Shown here: positions 28,678 to 38,293 of the stretch, in pieces
How positions within the stretch are numbered: position 1 is the stretch's first letter
How the letters are laid out: each line of letters opens with the position of its first letter
Assembly (NCBI GenBank): GCA_965208575.1
Contig: CBDBOV010000004.1
Coordinates: 1,248,001-1,312,000 of the forward strand
Direction of reading: 5' to 3'
Origin: Spirochaetia bacterium
Lineage (GTDB): Bacteria > Spirochaetota > Spirochaetia > SZUA-6 > Bin103
DNA length: 64,000 nucleotides
The notes under the pieces: model-generated
Seen by the model: only the letters and a program-made list of their open reading frames with translations
Database searches by the model: none
What the model was told of the DNA's origin: nothing
Program-made: the position numbers and the translations under genes

Positions 28678-29529
28678 TCATGCTGCCGCTCCTGTCCGAG
28701 TGGCCTCGAACGCGACCGGCGACTGGTAGCCCAGCGCCGAGTGACGCCGGCGACGGTTGTAGAACCCCTCGATGAACTCGAATATTGCCAAGCGCGCCTC
28801 GGCACGGCTGCGAAATCGGCTCCGATCAAGCAACTCGCACTCCAGGGTCGCGAAGAAACTTTCGCACATCGCGTTGTCGTATGCATCGCCCACCGAGCCC
28901 ATCGAGGGACGCACGCCGGCCTCTTTGCAGCGCATCCCGAACGCAATCGAGGTGTACTGAGAGCCCTGGTCGCTGTGGTGGATCACCTGCTCGGGTCGCC
29001 GCTGCCAGAGCGCCATGTCCAGCGCCTCCAGCACCAGTTCCGTGCGCAGATGACCGGCCATCGACCAGCCCACTACCCGGCGGCTCCAGGTATCCAGCAC
29101 CACCGCCAAGTACAGAAACCCCGCCCACGTCGGCACGTACGTAATGTCGGCCACCCACAATTGGTCGGCCCCGGCCGCGGTGAAGTTCCGATCCACCAAG
29201 TCTGGCGCCGGTCGGGTCGCCGCGCCACGCGTTGTGGTCCTGGGCCCGCGGCGGCGACTGGCCCCTTCGATGCCGGCCTGCTTCATCAGCCGCGCCACCC
29301 GCTTGTGCCCGACTCGTTCGTTCTCACCCTGCAACTCGGCGTGGATGCGCGGCCGACCATACACCTCGCGGTTGGCTCTCCATATCGCCGTGATACGCTC
29401 CCGCAACTGTCCATCGCGCCGCTCTCGCGCCGACGGCTCGCGGCGCACCCACGCATAGTAGCCGCTGGCGGAGAGACCCAGCACTCGACATATCGTGCGT
29501 ACCGGCCAGCGCGCCTGGTTGGCTTTCAC
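28678..29529 (-). CDS. IS3-B OrfB (DDE), inner copy
   Basis: WVADITY, HHSDQGSQY, DNAMCESFFATLECE. Confidence 0.93.
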   Translation of the reverse strand: MKANQARWPVRTICRVLGLSASGYYAWVRREPSARERRDGQLRERITAIWRANREVYGRPRIHAELQGENERVGHKRVARLMKQAGIEGASRRRGPRTTTRGAATRPAPDLVDRNFTAAGADQLWVADITYVPTWAGFLYLAVVLDTWSRRVVGWSMAGHLRTELVLEALDMALWQRRPEQVIHHSDQGSQYTSIAFGMRCKEAGVRPSMGSVGDAYDNAMCESFFATLECELLDRSRFRSRAEARLAIFEFIEGFYNRRRRHSALGYQSPVAFEATRTGAAA

Positions 29530-29840
29530 GAACTCGAACCCCGCTCGGGGATCGAGTCGCTCTCCCGTGCGAACCAGGCCGCTGCTTTTTTTAGGATGTC
29601 ACGCTCGATCCGCAGTTGCTTGTTCTCTCGCCGCAGTCGGCGCAGCTCCTGGCGTTCATCGCTGCTCAACCCGTCCTCGCGGCGTCCAGCGTCCCGCTCC
29701 TGCTGCGCCACCCAGTTGCGGATCGCGCCCGCAGACGGCTCGTACTCCAGCGCCAACTCCTCGGGCGTGCGCCCAGACTGCACCAGCTCGACCATCTGCT
29801 GGCGAAACTCAGGCGCGTATGGTCGATGTGTCTTCGGCAT
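29526..29840 (-). CDS. IS3-B OrfA, inner copy
   Basis: MPKTHRPYAPEFR...ERDILKKAAAWFA; A7G slippery site at 29585-29592. Confidence 0.9.
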   Translation of the reverse strand: MPKTHRPYAPEFRQQMVELVQSGRTPEELALEYEPSAGAIRNWVAQQERDAGRREDGLSSDERQELRRLRRENKQLRIERDILKKAAAWFARESDSIPERGSSS

Positions 29841-30260
29841 CGTTGCCTCCTCATTCCGCCTCACTCCTAATGTGTCCACGAAACTGGGGCAACTCCAGGG
29901 TGGGATTTGCCTGTGGATATGTGGACAAGTCCGCATCAAGCTGGGGGTGGCGGCGTGGATGGCCGTGATCAGTGCTGGCGGCATGGACGTAGCGGGTGCC
30001 GGGAGTCGAAACGGAGCGCCTGAGAGACGATTCGGGGTTCAGCAAGGGGTATCCGGAGACCACCTGCTCCCGTGGAGCGGCCTTACAGGGCCGCTGAGAG
30101 CGCCAGTTCCGCGCCGCACCGGCAAGATGTCGGCCCGGGTGGTGCTGCAGCCGCCGAGCGCGGTGCGGTCGAGCCGGTCTGGGGCGTCCGTGGGGGGCGG
30201 ACCCGCGAGCGGTGCGCCGCTTGGAATTGTGCAGCCGTCGCGGGTCGGCAGCAGGTTGCC

Positions 30261-30554
30261 TCAGTCGCGCCCATACCCGCGTGGCGGCTCGACGCTCTCC
30301 AGTGCGCCAAGATCAAGCGCGCAAATCGCCTCCAGCTTGTCGCCGAGCGCGGTCTCCTGGAGCGCCTCGGGCAGGTTGTCGAGCCACGCTTGATACTCGC
30401 CCTGGAGGTCGAGCAGGGTGCGCACCGCATCCTGCCAGCGCTGCGGTCGGGAGCGCCGGTCGTGCGGTCGGCGGTACTGCGCTCGCGGCTGCTGCGCCTT
30501 GCGCCGCGCTCGATAGCGCCGTTGGCGTTGCGCGTTGGTCAACGCCATGGGCAC
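30261..30554 (-). CDS. IS3-B passenger protein, outer copy
   Basis: Identical translation to 28194-28487. Confidence 0.75.
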   Translation of the reverse strand: MPMALTNAQRQRRYRARRKAQQPRAQYRRPHDRRSRPQRWQDAVRTLLDLQGEYQAWLDNLPEALQETALGDKLEAICALDLGALESVEPPRGYGRD

Positions 30555-30744
30555 TGATCACCGTTACGTAACGGCTCCTGGTCCAGCACCTCAGACGCTG
30601 CATCCCCGCTGCGCTGCGTGCTCACCGCGACGCCGGTCGGCGCGTGCAGCCGACTCGGACGCCAAGCGGTCCGGAGAGGGCCAATTGCCGACGAATATTG
30701 TCCCTGGAGGGGGCCGAGCGCCAGCATCGGCACCACGACGATGC

Positions 30745-31596
30745 TCATGCTGCCGCTCCTGTCCGAGTGGCCTCGAACGCGACCGGCGACTGGTAGCCCA
30801 GCGCCGAGTGACGCCGGCGACGGTTGTAGAACCCCTCGATGAACTCGAATATTGCCAAGCGCGCCTCGGCACGGCTGCGAAATCGGCTCCGATCGAGCAA
30901 CTCGCACTCCAGGGTCGCGAAGAAACTTTCGCACATCGCGTTGTCGTATGCATCGCCCACCGAGCCCATCGAGGGACGCACGCCGGCCTCTTTGCAGCGC
31001 ATCCCGAACGCAATCGAGGTGTACTGCGAGCCCTGGTCGCTGTGGTGGATCACCTGCTCGGGTCGCCGCTGCCAGAGCGCCATGTCCAGCGCCTCCAGCA
31101 CCAGTTCCGTGCGCAGATGACCGGCCATCGACCAGCCCACTACCCGGCGGCTCCAGGTATCCAGCACCACCGCCAAGTACAGAAACCCCGCCCACGTCGG
31201 CACGTACGTAATGTCGGCCACCCACAATTGGTCGGCCCCGGCCGCGGTGAAGTTCCGATCCACCAAGTCTGGCGCCGGTCGGGTCGCCGCGCCACGCGTT
31301 GTGGTCCTGGGCCCGCGGCGGCGACTGGCCCCTGCGATGCCGGCCTGCTTCATCAGCCGCGCCACCCGCTTGTGCCCGACTCGCTCGTTCTCAGCCTGCA
31401 ACTCGGCGTGGATGCGCGGCCGACCATACACCTCGCGGTTGGCTCTCCATATCGTCGTGATACGTTCCCGCAACTGTTTGTCGCGCCGCTCTCGCGCCGA
31501 CGGCTCGCGGCGCACCCACGCATAGTAGCCGCTGGCGGAGAGACCCAGCACTCGACATATCGTGCGTACCGGCCAGCGCGCCTGGTTGGCTTTCAC
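30745..31596 (-). CDS. IS3-B OrfB (DDE), outer copy
   Basis: Near-identical to inner copy. Confidence 0.93.
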   Translation of the reverse strand: MKANQARWPVRTICRVLGLSASGYYAWVRREPSARERRDKQLRERITTIWRANREVYGRPRIHAELQAENERVGHKRVARLMKQAGIAGASRRRGPRTTTRGAATRPAPDLVDRNFTAAGADQLWVADITYVPTWAGFLYLAVVLDTWSRRVVGWSMAGHLRTELVLEALDMALWQRRPEQVIHHSDQGSQYTSIAFGMRCKEAGVRPSMGSVGDAYDNAMCESFFATLECELLDRSRFRSRAEARLAIFEFIEGFYNRRRRHSALGYQSPVAFEATRTGAAA

Positions 31597-31907
31597 GAAC
31601 TCGAACCCCGCTCGGGGATCGAGTCGCTCTCCCGTGCGAACCAGGCCGCTGCTTTTTTTAGGATGTCACGCTCGATCCGCAGTTGCTTGTTCTCTCGCCG
31701 CAGTCGGCGCAGCTCCTGGCGTTCATCGCTGCTCAACCCGTCCTCGCGGCGTCCAGCGTCCCGCTCCTGCTGCGCCACCCAGTTGCGGATCGCGCCCGCA
31801 GACGGCTCGTACTCCAGCGCCAACTCCTCGGGCGTGCGCCCAGACTGCACCAGCTCGACCATCTGCTGGCGAAACTCAGGCGCGTATGGTCGATGTGTCT
31901 TCGGCAT
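31593..31907 (-). CDS. IS3-B OrfA, outer copy
   Basis: Same translation as inner OrfA. Confidence 0.9.
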   Translation of the reverse strand: MPKTHRPYAPEFRQQMVELVQSGRTPEELALEYEPSAGAIRNWVAQQERDAGRREDGLSSDERQELRRLRRENKQLRIERDILKKAAAWFARESDSIPERGSSS

Positions 31908-31999
31908 CGTTGCCTCCTCATTCCGCCTCACTCCTAATGTGTCCACGAAACTGGGGCAACTCCACGAGGTCTTCTGCGATGGTCGGGAACAGGTGCTGT

Positions 32000-33438
32000 T
32001 GAGCTGGTCCCGGAAAAACGGACGGTATGGTAGAGTGTATCCAAGGCCACGAGGAGGGCCAGCAAGATGGCGACGAAGAGGCGTCGGTTCACAGCGGAGT
32101 TCAAGGCGAAGGTAGTGATTGAGGCGCTGCGGGGAGACCGTACGATCCAGGCGATCGCGGCCAAGCACGAAATACATCCGAACCAGATCAGCAGTTGGAA
32201 GCGGCAGGCTCAGACCGGTCTGCGGGACCTGTTCGCCGACGGCCGGAGCCGGCGGCAGAAGGAGCACGATGAGACCATTCACGACCTGCATGCCAAGATC
32301 GGGGAGTTGACCGTGGAGCGCGATTTTTTAGCACGCGGGCTCGGGCGCTGAGCCGGGCCGAGCGACGAGAGATGATCGACCGCGAGCACGAGGGTCTGAG
32401 CATCAGCCGGCAGTGCCGCCTGATCGGGCTGAACCGGTCGACGCTGTACTACCGAGCGGTGGGCGAGAGCGCTGACACGCTCGCGTTGATGCGCCGCATC
32501 GACGAACTTTATCTGGAATGTCCGTTCTACGGCAGCCGGCAGATGATGCGCCATCTGGCACGCGAGGGAAAGCGGGTCGGTCGGCACCGGGTGCGGCGGC
32601 TGATGCGGCTGTTGGGGCTGGAGGCGATCTACCGCAAGCCACGCACCAGCGTCGCGCACCCGGACCATCGGGTGTATCCGTATCTGCTGCGAGGGCTTAC
32701 GATTGAGCGCCCGAACCAGGTGTGGTGCGCGGACCTGACCTACATCCCGGTGCAGGGAGGATTTCTGTACCTGGTGGCGATCATGGACTGGGCGAGCCGG
32801 CGGGTGTTGGCCTGGCGGCTGTCCAACACGATGGACACCTCCTTCTGCCTGGAGGCGTTGGCGGACGCTCTGGAAGACTTCGGCATTCCCGAGATCTTCA
32901 ACACCGATCAGGGCAGCCAGTTCACCAGCATCGCGTTCACCGGCCAGTTGGAGGCGACCGGGATACGGTGCTCGATGGACGGGCGCGGTCGTTGTCTGGA
33001 TAACGTATTCATCGAACGGTTGTGGCGCTCGCTGAAGTACGAGTCGGTATACCTGCACGATTTGGAGGATGGCTTCGAGGCGCAGCGGGTGATCGACGGG
33101 TGGATGGCATTCTACAACGAGACCCGACCACACTCGGCGCTCGGCGGGCGTACGCCCGCGGAAGCGTACCGCGACGGGGTGGCGGAACAACAGCAGGAGG
33201 TGGCGTAGCGAACAGGAACGGCAGGCGCTTGGCATGGGGTGCAAGGGCATCCGAGGACCAACGGGAGCGCGAGCAGTGTGGACGAAGTATCCACATATCC
33301 ACAGGCTCGCTCACCCCCTCCCCGGACCCCACCCCCATTACCGCCGCCTGATCATCTCGACCAGGAGGGTGGGTTGACAACGAACGAGATGCACTCTACA
33401 ATATCCCATCCACTGTCCAACCTATCGGGTCCACGTCA
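32000..33438 (+). mobile_element. IS3-A copy 2 (OrfA 32067-32351, OrfB 32372-33208)
   Basis: Near-identical to copy 1; 4-bp TSD CTGT. Confidence 0.93.
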
Positions 33439-34274
33439 CTGTTGAAAGGCGCACCAGTAACTCGATAGTCTTACCAACAGGGACATGGCCGCTTCCTCCG
33501 ATCATGTGGGTTGTGGTTACACACATGGTACTACGGAGGGAGCCGGTCTGAGTACCGATCATATCAGCCCCTGACTGCCTCTCTCATCTCTAATTCTCGC
33601 TACCTCGGGCTTTTGCAAAAGGCTCCCTGTGTTGAAAATCTCAATGAGATCTCCTTTACAACAATTTCGAGAGCACTGTTGCCACTGCCGGCCCCTCGCC
33701 TGCTCCCATAGTCGAGCGAGGGCGACACCATTTCGCGGCCGCGGCCGCCGGTCTCTGCGTTAATCATCTAGGCCCGTACCTGTTTTGACGCTTGCGCGCC
33801 GCGCCGAAATCGCACGCCACGCGTGGTGGCGGCCGGCAAGCGTCGCTACGCATGTTGGTCTGGACTGGTGGAAGTGGCGGGCGACGGGATCGGCTGCTGG
33901 ACGCACCGATGCGTGGCGACTGTGTGCCACACGCATCAATGGTGCAGCGGTCAGCACCGGCGCAGCGAGGTCGGCTTCTACGCGGTAGTCGGTAGTCGGT
34001 CTGAATGCTGTCAGTGCCCATTCGCGGACGAGTGTAGAGGACGGCCCAAATCCGTGTCAGACGCGATCCACCGCATTGTGTCACTGCCAACCCGTCAATG
34101 CGCAAACTGGCATCGTCCTACGCCATCCTGGTGCGTCATCTTCGATCCGTCGAACCCCATCCAGAGCGAGCGAACCTTACTATGGGGGCGACCACCCTGT
34201 CAACGACTCGCAGGTGATCGCTGGTCCGCTCTGGCGTTTGCCGAGTAAGCTTCTCTGCACGGTAGGCTGGCGCG

Positions 34275-35954
34275 GTGAGTGAGCGGCCCAACATCCTGGT
34301 GCTGATGACCGATCAGCAGCGCGCCGACGCGATGGGGTGCGCCGGCAACCCGGTGCTGCGCACGCCCGCCATGGACGCCATCGCGGACGCCGGGGTGCGC
34401 TTTAGCGATGCGTGCGCGTCCACGCCGGTGTGCGTGGCCTCGCGCATGAGCTTCATCACCGGCCAGCGGGCGTCGTGCACCCACTGGGTCGACAACAGCG
34501 CCCTGCCCGGCCCGCCGCCGGAGCTGCCGACCATGATGAGCCTGCTGCTCCGCGCCGGCTACTGGACCCACGGCGTGGGCAAGATGCACTTCGGCGGGCG
34601 CTCCTACGGCTTCCGCAACCTGTTCACCATGGAGGAGGGCGTCGAGCACCGCGTTGACGACGACTACCTGCGCTACCTGCGCGACGCCGGCGTGCACGCC
34701 CGCTTTCCCAAGGGGATGCGCGATCTGCTCTACTTCCAGCCGCAGACCAGCGGCGTGCCGGTCGAGCACAGCGCCAGCAACTGGGTTGCCGACCGCTCCA
34801 TCGAGTTCCTGCACGAGCACGCCCGCTACCGCAGCGGGCAGCCGTTCTTCCTGTGGTCCTCCTGGATCGCCCCGCACCCACCGTTCGCGCCCAGCGAGCC
34901 GTACGACGAGCTGTACGATCCGGCCGCCATGCCGCTGCCGGTGTACGCCGACCGGCCGGTGCGCGACCTGCCGTCGGCGCTGTGGCCGCACCGCGCCCGG
35001 CTGGACGGCGCCCACCGCGACCCGAACCGCATGCGCCGCATCCGCGCGCTCTACTACGGCCTGATCGGCCAGGTCGACGACGGCATCGCACGCATCATGG
35101 CCACGCTGCGCGAGCTGCGGATGGAGCAGAACACGGTGGTGCTGTTCACGGCGGACCACGGCGAGATGCTCGGCGACCACGGCCTGGCGCAGAAGAACTG
35201 CCCCTACGAGCCGTCGGTGCGCGTGCCCCTGCTGCTGCGCTGGCCGGGGCGCACGCGCGCCGGAAGCACCTGCGACGACCCGGTCGGCCTGACCGACGTG
35301 CTGCCCACCCTGGTGGATGAGCTGGGCCTCGACTACCCCGCCGGCCACGGCCCGCTGCCCGGCGAGAGCCTGCTCGGCAAGGCCGGCGGCGGCCTCGCCT
35401 CCGGGCGAGACGACTATGTGATCGACTACGGCCAGCGTACGCGGCGCTGGATCGCGGTGCGCACCCGCCGCCACAAGTACGCGCTGTTCGCCTGCGACGG
35501 CGGCCGCGAGGAACTGTACGACTTGCACGCCGACCCGCACGAGCGCCACAACCTGGCCGCCGCACAACCGGCGCTCACCGCCGAGTTCCGCGAACGCGCC
35601 CTGGACTGGGAGCGCACGTCGGGCCTGGCCCGCGCACCGGGAGACGCCGCCTCATTTCGCGGAGAGCGCTTCCGCACCTGGCCGGCGCCGGCGGCCATCC
35701 CCACCGAAGGCGAACTGCGCGATGTAACGGTCAACGAAGGAGCGTGGCCAAAGCGCGTCCCCGATGACGAGGCTGCCACCCTGGAGACTTTCGCGGACGC
35801 CTTCACGCGCGCGATCAGCAAGGAAACGACCCTCAGCCCCGAAAAGCTCTCTCTGGCTGCCTACAAGCACAAGATCAGCAGCCTCGGCCGCCGCGACCCG
35901 GGCGGCGAATCCCTTGTCGGCACCCCATGGGAGCAAGCATGGCACGACGCTTGA
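34275..35954 (+). CDS. Sulfatase (Cys-type)
   Basis: RPNILVLMTDQQR, VCVASR, GKMHF, PHPP, FTADHGEMLGDHG. Confidence 0.92.
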   Translation: MSERPNILVLMTDQQRADAMGCAGNPVLRTPAMDAIADAGVRFSDACASTPVCVASRMSFITGQRASCTHWVDNSALPGPPPELPTMMSLLLRAGYWTHGVGKMHFGGRSYGFRNLFTMEEGVEHRVDDDYLRYLRDAGVHARFPKGMRDLLYFQPQTSGVPVEHSASNWVADRSIEFLHEHARYRSGQPFFLWSSWIAPHPPFAPSEPYDELYDPAAMPLPVYADRPVRDLPSALWPHRARLDGAHRDPNRMRRIRALYYGLIGQVDDGIARIMATLRELRMEQNTVVLFTADHGEMLGDHGLAQKNCPYEPSVRVPLLLRWPGRTRAGSTCDDPVGLTDVLPTLVDELGLDYPAGHGPLPGESLLGKAGGGLASGRDDYVIDYGQRTRRWIAVRTRRHKYALFACDGGREELYDLHADPHERHNLAAAQPALTAEFRERALDWERTSGLARAPGDAASFRGERFRTWPAPAAIPTEGELRDVTVNEGAWPKRVPDDEAATLETFADAFTRAISKETTLSPEKLSLAAYKHKISSLGRRDPGGESLVGTPWEQAWHDA

Positions 35955-35969
35955 GAGATCGAGCATGAA

Positions 35970-37106
35970 CTACTTGTAGGGGTCGGCGGCGTCGCGCAGG
36001 CCGTCGCCGACGGCGTTGTAGCACAGCACCGTCACCACCACGAAGATACCCGGGATCAGCAGCCACGGGTTCAGCGCGATCACGCTCACATTGGAGGCCT
36101 GCTGGAGTTGGACCCCCCAGCTCACCGTCGGCGAGGTCAAGCCGAGGCCCAGGAAGCTGAGGCCGGTCTCGCCGATGATCATCCCCGGTATCGACAGGGT
36201 GAGGTGGACGATCAGGTAGCCGACGAAGTTGGGCAGCATGTGCCCGGTGATGACCTTGTAGTTGGTGGTGCCGGCCACCTTCGCGGCCGTGACGAAGTCC
36301 TCTTCGCGCAGTTGCAGGATCTTGCCGCGCACCGTACGCGCCAGCCCGGTCCAGCCGAGAATCGACAGGATCACGGACATCAGGAAGTACTTGGTCACGG
36401 GAGGCCACTCCAGTGGTATTGCCGCGGCCAGCGCCATCCACAGCGGCAGGCCTGGCATCGCCTCGATGAACTCCACGATACGCTGGATGATCAAGTCCAC
36501 ACCGCCGCCGAGCAGGCCGGAGGCGCCGCCGAGCAGGGCGCCGAGCACGAAGCTGACCGCGATGCCGACCAGGCCGATAGACAGCGAGACCTGCGCGCCG
36601 TGGATGATGCGGGTCAACACGTCACGGCCCAGGTCGTCGGCGCCGAACAGGTAGACCACGCCCGGATCGTCGACGCCGTACAGGCGGAGTCTGCTGTCGA
36701 GCAGGCCCCAGAACTTGTAAGGGTCGCCCTTGACGAACAACTTGATCGGATAGCGCGTCTCCCGGTCTTCCGAGAACACCAGCAGGAACGTCGCCGGGTC
36801 GCGTTCCTGCGCCAGACCGTACACGAACGGCCGCTGCAGTTGCCCGTCATGGAACACGTGGATCCGCGTCGGCGGCAGGAACGCCAGTTCCGTCCGGCTC
36901 TGAATCTTGTCGTAGGGAGAGAAGAAATCCGCAAAGACAGCCGTGAAGTACAACACGCCCAGGATTGCCGCCGAAACCACCGCCAGCTTGTGGCGCGCGA
37001 ACTTGCGCCGCATCAGCACCCAGTGGGACGCGACGAAATACTGTTCCCGTTCCTCCTCGGCCCGCGAGGCCGCGGCGGATGGCATCGGCTCCCGCACGGT
37101 GCTCAT
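35970..37106 (-). CDS. Peptide/nickel ABC transporter permease (OppC/DppC-like)
   Basis: FGADDLGRD, REEDFVTAA, LSFLGLG, GDGLRDAADP. Confidence 0.92.
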   Translation of the reverse strand: MSTVREPMPSAAASRAEEEREQYFVASHWVLMRRKFARHKLAVVSAAILGVLYFTAVFADFFSPYDKIQSRTELAFLPPTRIHVFHDGQLQRPFVYGLAQERDPATFLLVFSEDRETRYPIKLFVKGDPYKFWGLLDSRLRLYGVDDPGVVYLFGADDLGRDVLTRIIHGAQVSLSIGLVGIAVSFVLGALLGGASGLLGGGVDLIIQRIVEFIEAMPGLPLWMALAAAIPLEWPPVTKYFLMSVILSILGWTGLARTVRGKILQLREEDFVTAAKVAGTTNYKVITGHMLPNFVGYLIVHLTLSIPGMIIGETGLSFLGLGLTSPTVSWGVQLQQASNVSVIALNPWLLIPGIFVVVTVLCYNAVGDGLRDAADPYK

Positions 37107-38105
37107 CACATCTGCTTCTCGAACCGGATGCGCGGATCCACCACTACCAGCAGGAGATCCGATATCAACGTACCGAACAGCCCCAGCGACCCCAGGAACA
37201 GTATCAGGCTCGCGGCAATCTGCAGGTCCTGCTCCAGGAGCGCGGTCAGTAACAGCGGTCCCACCGTGGGCAGGCTGAGCACGATCGACACCAGCGCCTC
37301 GCCGGACACGACCCCGGCCAGCAGACCCGCCAGTCCGGACACCATCGGATTGATCGCCAGCCGGATCGGGTACTTGAACAGCAGACGCCGCTCGTGGACT
37401 CCCTTCGCACGTGCGGTTACCACGTACTGCCTGCCGAGTTCGTCCATGAGCGTGGTACGCAGCACGCGGATCATGCCGGCCGTGCCGGCGGTGCCGATCA
37501 CGAGCAGCGGCACCGGCAAGTGCTTCATCAGGTCGACCACCTTGGCGAAGCTCCACGGCGCGATCAGGTACTCGGGCGAGAACAGGCCGCCGGGGCTCCA
37601 GCCGAAGTGACGCTGGAACAGGAACATCAGGATGAGCGCGAGCAGGAAAGTTGGGCGTGGCCAGGCCCATGAATCCAAATACGGCGCCCGTGTAGTCGCC
37701 CACCGAGTAGGGATGGGTGGCCGAGTAGATTCCGATCGGAATCGCGATGATGTAGGTGACCACCATGGTGGACATCGACAGGACGATCGACAGCATGATG
37801 CGCTCGCCGATCAGGTCGGCGACCGGCCTGTTGTGGGTGGCCGACTCACCGAAGTCGCCGCGAAAGATGATGTTGGAGATCCACTTCCAGTACTGGACGT
37901 AGAACGGATCCCGGAAGCCCCAGCGCTTGTTGAGGGCTTCGATTGCCGACTCGTCCAGCTCCACCCCGAACCGCTCCATGTAGTAGAGGAAGTTGTCGAT
38001 CCAGTCACCCGGCGGAAGCTGGATCACGGCGAAGGCAACGAAGGACAGCATAATCAGCATCAGGACCATGTAGAACAGCCGCCGCCCGATGTAGCCCGCC
38101 ATCAT
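37106..38105 (-). pseudogene. OppB/DppB-like permease with +1 frameshift
   Basis: YIGRRL...GLATPNF; extra base in aaa at 37647-37649; then LLALILM...YVVTARAKG...DPRIR. Confidence 0.85.
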
Positions 38106-38108
38106 GCG

Positions 38109-38137
38109 AGCCTAAGGCCGCCAATGACCGCTGTCAA
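38109..38137 (-). promoter_or_regulatory. Promoter of the permease genes (leaderless type)
   Basis: TTGACA-N17-TAGGCT, 6 nt before ATG 38102. Confidence 0.65.
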
Positions 38138-38231
38138 GGAAGCCGTCGCGTGCGACGGCTTCCTTGACATAGGCGGGTTGGGCCGGAAGCGGCGCCGCAG
38201 GCGGCGGTTGCGGGGCGCAAGGAAGCGCGCA

Positions 38232-38272
38232 CCAAGAAAAGACGGCCGCCCCGCGAAGGGCGGCCGCCTTGG
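38232..38272 (-). terminator. Intrinsic terminator, probably of the SBP gene before IS1634 insertion
   Basis: GGCGGCCGCCC-loop-GGGCGGCCGTC followed by TTTTCTT on the minus strand. Confidence 0.75.
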
Positions 38273-38293
38273 TTGCATACTAGAGAACGCTAG

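Larger units (their letters stand above)
27609..29897 (-). mobile_element. IS3-B inner copy (2289 bp) with passenger gene
   Basis: Same IRs; TSD GGGT at 27605-27608 and 29898-29901. Confidence 0.92.
27442..31964 (-). mobile_element. IS3-family element IS3-B, outer copy (interrupted by inner copy)
   Basis: IRs TGGAGTTGCCCCAGTTTCGTGGACA / TGAGGGTGCCCCATTTTGGTGGACA; TSD CGAG at 27438-27441 and 31965-31968. Confidence 0.9.
27152..33626 (-). pseudogene. DUF772-type (IS5/IS1182-like) transposase N-terminus and IS left end, split by IS3-B and IS3-A
   Basis: Removing inserts gives MSLLVRLSSYWCAFQQHLFPTIAEDLGPLGERYQLFITVLEF...GRP...ARAFIAKAV...PSEATFSRAF from ATG 33486; putative end GGAGCCTTTTGCAAAAG at 33626. 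Confidence 0.8.

Noticed and set aside
28472-28681. 69-aa ORF coupled to the IS3-B orfB stop
   Set aside because: No recognisable features; the region looks like hairpins plus an operator; cannot be supported as coding
25673-33438. Composite transposon bounded by two IS3-A copies
   Set aside because: Each copy has its own TSD (CCA, CTGT), so they are independent insertions
33627-34260. Short ORFs and a possible further IS end
   Set aside because: No recognisable motifs or partner IR; left unannotated
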